Assembly (NCBI GenBank): GCA_964188305.1
Contig: OZ076887.1
Source: Podarcis bocagei
Lineage: Eukaryota
Strand: one strand, 5' to 3'
Length of the DNA: 64,000 nucleotides
Positions 37,469 to 47,469 of the stretch are shown piece by piece. The notes below the pieces were generated by a model that was not told the DNA's origin, searched no databases, and saw nothing but the letters and a program-made list of their open reading frames with translations. A program made the position numbers and the translations under genes. Position 1 is the first letter of the stretch; each line of letters starts with the position of its first letter.

Positions 37469-38941
37469 TGACAAGAGGAACTTTCAAGTCAGCAAGTGCA
37501 GCTTCCAGGAAGATCTGATCTTTGCCACTATCCCAACAGCAGTCCAGAATGCTTGCTCCACATTTTAATCCAACGAATATAACTTGCATTTAAAATGTGT
37601 CTCAACTCCCTCTGCAGCACGGTACACAGTTAGCTGCGACTAGACCCATTCAAATCAAAAGGGATCTAAATCTGCTCAGCTTTTTATACCCTTGATTTAT
37701 ACTGTTTATTCTCGGGGCTTTGGAATCCTTCTGTGCTTATTATGCACAAGATGCCTGCAGAGCTGTAGTCTGTTCTCAATTATTTATTGTTGGGATTTTC
37801 AGCCGCTCTTTCGCCAAAGCTGCTACACACTGCTGACAGTACTTGAAAACAGAACAATTAAAAAGAACAGCTATTCTCCCATTTGTAGAACTCCGAGACA
37901 AATCTCTAGGTCGTGTATGATCTAATGATGCCTCGATGAATTTTGGTTGAATGGCACAGCTATTTCAGAGCAGTACATAAACTTCATGTTGCCAACTGAA
38001 CTCATTTCTGCAACTGATGAATTCCAACATAAATATGTAATACCGTCCGCCCAGTTAATCCTAGCCATGCAGTTGTAGGAAGAGTTTTAATCCCTTCTAC
38101 AAATTTGTTGTTTTGCACTTATTTTTGGACAGCACTGCCTGACTACAAGAGATAGCAGCAGGCAGTACTTTTAATATCAGCCAGCTAAAAGAATAGTGTT
38201 AAGTGCTTGTCGAAGACTATTATAGAACTGCTCAAGCTGAACAAATCCACTTTGGCTTTTAGAAATTTAAGTTGGCACATCTTCTTTCACTCTTAATATA
38301 CAAACAAATGAGCAGACCTAAGGCTGCTTTCTCAGTGTGAACCTTCACAGTAGGCATAAGAGAAATCAATCTAGTCCCAAGCATGTATCATTACAGTTTT
38401 AAAATGTCAATGGATACTTGCTGGCAAAGTTCCTTTCTTCTAATATTGTGGGAAGTCTAACAAATCCATGCATGCCGACACAAAGGCGTGCCAATATGCA
38501 AGGACGCACGCTGTTTCAATACAGAAAAATCATTGTAGAGAACTCAGTATTGTCACCTTGTGGCTGGATGCTGCACCACTCCCACACACCCCACACCGCG
38601 AAAAGGAAAAACAAACAAAAGCAAAAAAATTTCTCTCTTGCACGTTACTATCCTAAAAATGAAAGGTGGCTTGTTGTAGGAAGAGTCAAGCAAAGCAAAC
38701 CTACTAGAAACTAGACATCGAGACACGTCACAGCTACCACAGTAGAGATTGCAAAGGGGCGTCAATGGGAGACACACGCAAGCATATGGCACTACTGGCT
38801 ACCATCCACTGTAGGTTAAGATCCACTGTGTTTTAGGAATATGAGCTCTTCTTGATGTCCAATGACTAGATTGTGTTGCTGTTTCAACAGCAACAGTGCC
38901 ACACAGCAGGCCTTTTGACAGGAAGGCCTTGGTTGCTTCTT

Positions 38942-39191
38942 GGGAGCCAGTGTGGTGTAGTGGTTAAGAGTGGTGGACTCATAATCTGGTGAACCGGGTT
39001 TGCTTCCCCGCTCCTCCACATGCAGCTGCTGGGTGACCTTGGGCCAGTCACACTTCTCTGAAGTCTCTCAGCCCCACTCACCTCACAGAGTGTTTGTTGT
39101 GGGGGAGGAAGGGAAAGGAAATTGTTAGCCGCTTTGAGACTCCTTAGGGTAGTGATAAAGCGGGATATCAAATCCAAATTCTTCTTCTTCT
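38942..39191 (+). mobile_element. tRNA-derived squamate SINE (Squam3-like) with (TTC)n tail
   Basis: A-box TGGTGTAGTGG, degenerate B-box GGTTTGCTTCCC, CORE-like GGGTGACCTTGGGCCAGTCAC, L2-like tail TTGTTAGCCGCTTTGAGACTCC. Confidence 0.85.
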
Positions 39192-39324
39192 CGTGCATTT
39201 CTTCTTAAGTTGAAAATTCAGACTGCTGCTACATTTTAAGTGTTATTATAACATCACTCTTTAGAATAATTGATCGGTGCTTTGTTCTTCTCATCGGATA
39301 CTGCTTATTTACTGCTCATTTATT

Positions 39325-39685
39325 GATGGGGCTCATCCACCTTGGAAGGGAGCCCATCTAGGAGATGGGTCCTAAACTGCCTTGCGGGACATCTTCGGGA
39401 GAAAAAAAAGGCGTAAAAGAGTAAACCCGAAACAAATCCAGAGTGGAGTCCCTAAAGCGGTTGGATGGCGCCTTCCGGCAACCCCTGCAGCCAAGCTGGT
39501 GCCAAACAAATCGCTCTGCTTTCCTTCAGACCACATCAGCAAGGCTGAGAAAGGGGTCTTGTCGACTGGGCAGCCCAGGACCTCCAGCCACACTGCCCAG
39601 GCTTGCACCCCAGGTGTTCCTAATGCAACAGTTTAACTCCACTCCCGGAGGCGCACTCCATTGTCTCTCAAGGCAACAGGAACTG
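39325..39685 (+). mobile_element. Probable short non-autonomous RTE-related retroposon
   Basis: AGCCCATCTAGGAGA..CTGCCTTGCGGG..GGAGTCCCTAA 5' part and GGAGGCGCACTCCATTGTCTCTC 3' part, recognised from memory only. Confidence 0.4.
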
Positions 39686-40129
39686 TATCTTTATGGTTTT
39701 GCCGTCAAGCCAGCTTGAGTGTTTTATGATAGAAGAGGATGAGAAATCAATGGCTGAATGAATGAAGTGGGACAGCAAAATCACAGGTATCGACTTGCAT
39801 TCTAATTTTCCTTCAACAGTTCATGGAGGAGAAGATACTGGGGTAGGGTAGGTTCCCATATCCTTTTCCCCACTGCAGCTCCCTCTGCCCCAGGGGCTGA
39901 GGGACCCTTGGTAATGGCAATGGCAAAGGCAAAGGCAAAGGTAAAGTGCTCCATAGGTACTGTAGGCCTGGAGACAGCAGCTGCTCACCAGCAGCCCATA
40001 TCTTCCAGCCAATGTTAGAAACTCAGATATGTAAGTTAGGTTCCAAGTGGCTCCTTAAACCAGGGTTGCTGTCACCAAAACGGAATGCCACATTGCCATT
40101 TTGGGGCCAGACAACTTGAAAGTTGACTT

Positions 40130-40545
40130 TTTCTATTTTCCTTTTTTTATACATTTTTATTGGTGTTTTTTACATATCATTTCCAACAATCATTTAACAT
40201 AACTTCTTATCTCATACAGTATTTTAGACTTCCGTCAACAATCTCTGATGATTTTCCGTTCTTTATCACTTATTCTGCATTTCTTAGTTTCTCTATTACT
40301 CTTAATTATCATTAACTAATAAGTCCCTTCGTAGTCTTTTTTGCCATATTTCAAATAGTCCTCCTTACAGAACTTCTTGCAGTCCTACTAGCATAATCTG
40401 TTCATTACAATTGCTTTTCAAACAGTTCAAATATTTACTCCAGTCTTCTAAGAATCTCTGGTCCCACAGGTTTCAAATCCTTCATGTTAATTTATCTAAT
40501 TCTGCACGGTCCATTAATTTCATCCGCCACTCTTCTTTCGAAAGT
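40130..40545 (-). mobile_element. L1-clade LINE 3' end
   Basis: Reverse strand KEEWRMKLMDRAELDKLT..WDQRFLEDWSKYLNCLK..LVGLQEVL*, then 3'UTR, AATAAA and A-rich tail. Confidence 0.8.
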
Positions 40546-42491
40546 CGCCTTTTTCAATATGACTTTTTGGTTCCTGAAATTCATTCTGATTGTGCAGATA
40601 AAATATAATGGCTAGAAAATGCACCTGGCGAATTTTGAACACTGATCTTCCCTAAAGGGAAAGGAAGGGGGAGGGAAGGGGCAAAGCCTCTCAAATTGCC
40701 TTGCAAGCAAATGGCTTTAAAAATGTTGCTTTTTCCATAAAGGAAAGCATGGGAGACAAAGCAGCTGCTGTAACCCAGGAAATCTCACCAAAAGCCCCTG
40801 CTAGGCTAGACAGGGTTCCCCTGATAATGTGTAGCTGGCACTGAAGGTCATAACTAAAGGTTTATTTTTACCAAAAAGAAATAAAAGAACTGAGCAAAAA
40901 CAAATAAAATTGTTTAATTGATGTAGCCAAAAGAAATAGTTGGCTTGTACATTTTCCTGAGGTTGCAATGTCTAATTGAAAGTTGAGCAAGTCATTAGCC
41001 TTCGCAATTATAATCTCAACCTTCTGAATGTTTCAAGGAAACTAGAAAGTCTAACTCATTTCTGAGCCCACTTGAACAATGTGCATTATCCCTTTTAAGT
41101 TCCTAGCTAGTTGCCCTTTCTGTAGTCTTTAGAATGAAGCTGTTAAAGAGTTAGCTTATCTTTTAATGAAGGCAAGGAACCACCAAGCCAAACTGCACCC
41201 ATAATGTAACAGCATATCACGTTTATAAGCCATCGAAGGCCTGGCTCCCGTCTCAACACCCGTAACCCAAGTTCTTTAAAAATGAGCCATTTATAACATT
41301 TCTCCTTGTAAATAGATTATTTTATCGTCTGTCCTTGAGGGGTTTGAAGCTTCAAATCACCAAGGATTCATATCAGTGCTCTGCTAGAAAAAAAGAAAAT
41401 TATGCTGCCTAAAATTAAGCACAATATTCCAAAGTGCCAACTAGGGAGCATAGCAAAGTGTAGATTAAATGCACCTCAGGCACTTGAAAGCCAGAAAAAG
41501 TCTGTCAAACAGCAAAACATCCTTCATCATGACTATTTATTTATTGTTTCCATTAGGTGCTTTGCAAGTCAAAGAAAAATGGCACTGCTGCGCTACTAAA
41601 CTCGCAGGCATTGGGTATCAAATGTTTATAAAGCTGGCTCCCAGGAACTGAAAATATTTTCACCCTAGTGTGCAGACTTCCAAGATGAAATGGTAGCACT
41701 GGGGTATGTGCAATGATTTTTGAGCCCTGAACACACCAGACAAAGCAGTTCTACTATGATTATCAGTTTATACAGAGATCTTTCTTTTAAAAAAACAAAA
41801 CAAAACCAGGCACCACAATTTTCAAATTCGGTGTTCTGTACCTATGCATGAAATGACATGCACACACGTTTTCCACAGATATGGAATGGACAATTCCTTC
41901 CACACACATTTTTTCCTTTGTGTAACCTGGCAAGTGGCTTTGTAAATTACCCAGTTGGGAATCAAAGAAACCCAACTCCAATAGATCTGTTCTTATTCAA
42001 ACAGCAAATCAAAATGCACCCTGCCTCTCTGCGGATATTTTAGTAAACAAACAAATAATTTAAATAAGTAAATTACTGAGGATGGTAGCTTATGGCTCAC
42101 AATTTTAATTCAAAACAACAATATCTTGCAGAGGTAATGGCTTGGATCCAAACAACCTTGAGCGTTCGGAGAAAAACATGCCAATTCACTTTAGGTTGTG
42201 TCAAAAAGACAAAATGCTTCCACCTCTGTGTGTGACACGAAGATAACAGCAATTGTCCAGATACATAAAAGAGGTTTTCCAATATTAATACACAAGTTGA
42301 GCTGCAGATTTTGAAAAGCCGGGGTGGGGGTGGCGACACCCTGAAACGCTTACGACAAAGTTCCCCTTCTCCCTACGTCTGCTCTTTGCATTGCAGTACT
42401 GATATGAAAATTAAATTATGGTGGTCGGCAAAATAAATGCCGGGGTAAACTGAACCGTCATGGCCGAGCATATCCATTTCTCCCTCTACAG

Positions 42492-42627
42492 CAGGCATGG
42501 CCAAACTTGGCCCTCCAGCTGTTTTGGGACTACAATTCCCATCATCCCTGAGCACTGGTCCTGTTAGCTAGGGGTGATGGGAGTTGTAGTCCCCATACAG
42601 CTGGAGGGCCATGTTTGGCCATGCCTG
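42492..42627. mobile_element. hAT-type palindromic MITE
   Basis: TIR CAGGCATGGCCAAAC; perfect 8-bp TSD CTCTACAG. Confidence 0.88.
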
Positions 42628-44469
42628 CTCTACAGGCACCCCGCCACAAACACTTATGTGCATCCCACTTGCGTGTGACCCTGTTTATGTGGGTCAGCAT
42701 GAAATACATAAATAAATAGATTGGCCATCCCTCGCATGGGGCTGCTGCCCGAGCGAGGAAAGGCAGCCTTCAATCAATCAGCGGCAAGGGGGGGGGAACC
42801 TTCTCCCTGCCTCCACAACTCCCTGCTGTGTGATCACAACCCCATTCTGGCACTAGTTCTGCTGGGTGCCCTTCTCAGTCCTCACCCTCCAAGGCCAGTT
42901 TCTGCACACACTGCTTCCCTTCAGGGAGGCAGGCAGGCTCAGGATAGGTCAGGCAGCAGCCTCAAGAGATTTCCAACGTTAGTCTCTATCGCTCTCTCTC
43001 TCCTCCCCACATGCCCTCCCTATCAAAGTGGGGTGCTCCCCACTTTATGTAATTTCACTTACGTGCATGGGGGCCTTGAATACTGCCCTCACATAAGTGG
43101 GGGTGACGCCTATACTAAAACCTATAATTGGGCCAAATTAAGAGAAGGGAGCAAGTAAATATGGCATCATGGGATCAATGCTGAAATTCCACGTAGACAG
43201 ATGTTTCAAGATCCTACAATTTCTATGGTATGCTGCAGTAACAGAGTCACTTTAAATCATGTTTGCTATGGAATCCTGAACATTATAGTTCTATGGAGGA
43301 GGAGGCTGGGGGTTTCTATTAGAGAATTCCTGGCCTTCCCACCAAACTATAATTCCCGGCTCTGATAGAAGCCATGACCTCCCAACAATGACCTGGTTTG
43401 CACATATATGGTATGCCATGATTTATTAAACAATGGTTTATTAAACCATAGTGTCTCTGATCAGGGATGATGGGAACTGTAGTCCAAAATATCTGGAGGG
43501 CAAAAGGTTGGGGATGCCTGTCCAAAAGCATGAAACAAGAGCTAGAAAACAAACCCAGCTTTGGAGAGACAAGCCATGGTTTGTTTCATCACCTATGGAA
43601 TGTGTATAAGCCTGATAAACAAACCATAGCTTACCCCACCCCTGAACTAAACAGAGCCATGTCCAATGTTGTCAATACTGTTGGAATCCCATGGTAGCGC
43701 AGGAGTTTCTAATATTAAGTAACCCTTCTGACAAAACCACAGCAGTTTGTCTTGGTTAACAGGAAGCTCAGCATATTCCTACCCACCCGTGACACAAATC
43801 AATAGCAAACTGGGGTGGTTGTGGGGGGAGGACAAGCCACAATCAATTGAACAGGATAGGATTCTAGCCACAAAGCTTTAGAATTTCTGTTTACTTGGAC
43901 AAATATGTAAAACTAAGAAGAAGAATTCTATGTTTGTGGTTAATTTCCAGCAAGCCCATTTCAAACTGTGGTTTCTGAAGCTGGCTTGCTGGATATAGCG
44001 TTAACCGCAGTTCCTAGATCTGGATGAGATGGTTAACAAAAAGAATCTGAACTCTCCCAGCCACACAGGAGGAAGAGTGTGAGCCTAAAGCTTGCTGCAA
44101 CGCGTCCACATGATGCTAAAAATGGTAAAAAATGGTTTACTGTGGCATGCAAATTCAGCACCTATCTTCCAAAACACCTAGGTCATTTTCAAGAGAAATA
44201 TCAGGTGTGTGCAAGTACCTGGGCCATTCCGTAACATTTGTTTTCAGGCCTTTTTCCAGCCTGCTCTAGGGTTAATGCATCATTTAACACAACTGAAAAT
44301 AAAAATTACCTATTTTCTTTCATTTTTTTTAGAAAAAGCAAAGACTTTCCAAAAAGCCCCGCTATGCAAAACTTTCAAGGCAGGCCCTTTCCGCTTTCAG
44401 GGAAAGAGATATACAAAAGCTAATATACAGTCAAATATGGCATTTAAGAAGAAAGACATCTTTTAATTA

Positions 44470-45620
44470 CGTATTTTTTGCTCTATAGGACGCACTTTTC
44501 CCCCTCCAAAAATGAAGGGGAAATGTGTGTGCGTCCTATGGAGCGAATGCAGGCTCCTTGGCTTCGCGGCGACGCGCCTGTCCTGGAAGTTGGAGGAGGA
44601 ACAGAAGGGTCTCCTTCTGTTCAGCTTCGCTGAAGGGTGCTGCGCCTTTTCCCTCTCTGCGCAGCGCCTCTCCTGTGAAGGAGAGGCGCTGCGCAGAGAG
44701 AGAGAGAGAAGGTGCAGCGCCCCTTGAGCAATGCGCTTATCAAGCGAAGCCCGAGGAGGAACAGAAGGGTCTCCTTCTGTTCCTTCTCCAGCTTCGCTGA
44801 AGGGCGCTGCGCCTTCTCCCTCTCTGCGCAGCGCCTCTCCTGTGAAGCAGAGGCGCTGCGCAGAGAGAGAGAGAGAAGGCGCAGCGCCCCTTGAGCGACT
44901 CGCCTGTCATGCGAAGCCGGAGGAGGAACGGAAGGGACTCCTTCGGTTCCTCCTCCCGCTTCGCAGCGACGTGCCTGTCCAGCGAAGCCCGAGGAGGAAC
45001 AGAAGGGTCTCCTTCTGTTCCTTCTCCAGCGTTGCTGAAGGGGCGCTGCACCCTCTCCCTCTCTGCACAGCGCCTCTCCTGTGAAGGAGAGGCGCTGCGC
45101 AGAGAGAGAGAGAGAGAAGGCGCAGCGCCCCTTGAACGACGCGCCTGCCATGCGAAGCCGGAGGAGGAACAGAAGGGACTCCTTCTGTTCCTCCTCCCGC
45201 TTCGCAGAGATGCGCCTGTCCAGCGAAGCCCGAGGAGGAACAGAAGGGTCTCCTTCTGTTCCTTCTCCAGCTTCGCTGAAGGGTGCTGTGCCTTCTCCCT
45301 CTCTGCGCAGCACCTTTCCTGTGAAGGAGGGGTGCTGCACAGAGAGAGAGAAGGCACAGTGCCCCTTCAGCGACGCGTCTGTCCTGGCTTCTGCTTTAAC
45401 CCTGCGCAGCCTCTTTGGGCAGGGGGAGCCTTCATCCCGCTGCCCTGAAGAGGCTTGGCGGGGTTACCCCAGAAGCCAGAACAGCCACACGGTATCCCAG
45501 AAGCCAGATCCCTCTTGCTGTTCTGGCTTCTGGGGTTCAGAATAATTTTTTCTTGTTTTCCGCCTCCCAAAACTAGGTGCGCCCTATGGTCCGGTGCGCC
45601 CTATGGTGCGAAAAATAGGG
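44470..45620. mobile_element. Tc1/mariner (pogo/Tc2-like) non-autonomous element with an expanded internal array
   Basis: TA|CGTATTTTTTGCTCTATAGGACGCAC ... GTGCGCCCTATGGTGCGAAAAATAGGG|TA. Confidence 0.75.
44560..45385. repeat. GC/CpG-rich tandem array (~240-bp period) built from palindromic hairpin modules
   Basis: Module CAGCGAAGCCCGAGGAGGAACAGAAGG-GTCT-CCTTCTGTTCC..GCTTCGCTG recurs at ~44742, 44980 and 45221, with a degenerate copy at ~44585. Confidence 0.92.
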
Positions 45621-46649
45621 TATAGGGCTGAAGCACTGAACACTTAGAACACCAACAGAGTGGGGGAGTAACAAACACACTCAGCTGAACAGAATGGGAT
45701 TCTGGTCACGGGAATTAGAATTTCATTTCATTTGCATAGACATGTAAATTTCTATACTGGCCACATTTACACATAACCCAAAGCTAAAGAATGGCTAATG
45801 CAAAAACGCTACATCCCAGGAATGAGATTACTGTAGCCTCTAATTGGACTTAACAGAACCAAGTCACTGTAAAGATAAAGAGATATGAAAATGTAAAAGA
45901 GTGGCTTGCGATATCCATCTCCACTGGATTTCATGCAGATTTAACAAAGCAAACACTATTAGGACTGAGATGAAGGCAGTGGAAGCTGGTCTATTTGGCA
46001 AACTAGGGCAATGCCCCACCAAGCTGCTTTGATTCCCCCAACCCCAGCTGCCCTACTTACAACCTTGGCATGGCCTTGGCTATCCCTTGTAGAACCCAGC
46101 AGGAGGAGGGTGGGGACAATTCCAGAATTAGCTGGCCCCGCCTGTCATCTGTTCGATATCCTGCCTTCCACCCAATGGGCACCAGCCGCCATTGGACAAA
46201 ACATGAAATGCTTTTGCCTAAGAGGAAAATCTGATAAAGTTTCACTGAAGACAAAGGACCACGTGCATGGATTTCTGCTTTAAAGTAGCGTTCCTTCCTT
46301 TTTTCTCTTTTTTTACTGCAGCCATAATATGCTCTTCAGCAAAGTTACAGCTGTTAAGGGAGTCGTTTATTTGAATTTCCTGACTTTGGTGATACTAATA
46401 TGTTGACTATAGCACAGCAATATTGTAGTCTAATGCATTACAAACAAAAACAGGAAATTGCAAGGCTTTGGCTATGTGCATTTATAATGCTGGGGAAGGC
46501 CATTATTTTCCAGATGGATTACCTCTTAAATTCAAATGGCAATGATTCTCACAATAAACCAAGACTTCCAACTGTCTAATTTTAAAGGAAAATTGAAAAA
46601 AGAATCTCTCCTGTCTATGCAGCTAAACATTATACACCAATTTTGCCAG

Positions 46650-46650
46650 C

Positions 46651-46691
<41 letters not shown>

Positions 46692-46703
46692 CAGATAGAC
46701 AGA
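46650..46703. repeat. (GATA)/(GACA)n microsatellite
   Basis: Direct reading. Confidence 0.95.
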
Positions 46704-46818
46704 CTATCATCTAACAAAACAAAGTTTAAATTCTCATAGCAAAATGTTTCAACTTCCGCCTTCATTAATTGTTCTGATAAAAAAGAAGCCGTTCCTGTGG
46801 TGACAGGTACACAGTTTT

Positions 46819-47234
46819 TGTTCAGTTTCGGTTTCAGTTTCTGTTAATTGGTTCTCGTGGGAAACTTGCAGATTCTAGCTTCACCAATTAACTCCAGCTG
46901 GTGTCAATTTACTCTTGGCAGAAAGCCCAGGTCTGCTTGACCTAGAAACTACTCACTCTGATTGGTTAACGAGCAGCACTCAACTCTGTTATCTAGGGAT
47001 TGCTAGCACAGTTTGATGTGAGGTGTGTTAGGAGTTAGAAGTGCTGTGTATGGTTATGAGAGAGAAAGAAAGATAGGATTTATTTTTTCCTTTTAATAAA
47101 TCCTGTAAATAGTTATTCTGAGTCTAGCTGACTAGTCATTACTGCCGCAACTAGCTTCTTCGCTGTGCAGGAAAACTCTGCTACGTTTGGGCTAAAGCCA
47201 ATAGGGCTATGCCTGACACTCCAAAGTTCCATGA
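46819..47234 (+). repeat. 5' LTR of the Copia element
   Basis: TGTTCAG...CCATGA; direct repeat of 51477-51892 with mismatches at 47002/51660 and 47074/51732; AATAAA at 47095; reverse CCAAT box near 46960. Confidence 0.97.
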
Positions 47235-47258
47235 GGTTATGGGCATTGTGCTGCCAGC
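47235..47258 (+). promoter_or_regulatory. Primer-binding site for the 5' half of tRNAiMet, interrupted by 9 nt
   Basis: GGTTATGGGC[ATTGTGCTG]CCAGC; removing the bracketed bases gives GGTTATGGGCCCAGC, complementary to the tRNAiMet anticodon arm (Drosophila copia/Ty5-type priming). Confidence 0.85.
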
Positions 47259-47469
47259 CTGAGTTGCGGTGGTGTCAGCATCAACGGCGTTGGTTCCAGT
47301 AGTTCCAGAAGTTGTTGTTCCTGGCTGGTTCCTGACCGTGGTGAGCTGGTGACGCAGCGGACTCAAGGACAACAGCTGCAGCGTGTGAGTGCTGGGTGCT
47401 GTGGTTCCTGTTTTCTCTCTCGGTGGTCGTGAGTAGCTGGTTCCGGGTTCCAGGGACATCGCTCTCAAG

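Noticed and set aside
44512-45570. Cluster of 117-239 aa ORFs on both strands
   Set aside because: They arise from the GC-rich palindromic tandem array; the peptides are repetitive and have no domain.
47004-47012. TAGCACAGT in the LTR could pair with the 9-nt PBS insert (self-priming or RNA cyclisation)
   Set aside because: Only 9 bp with two G.U pairs, which is expected by chance; tRNA complementarity explains priming better.
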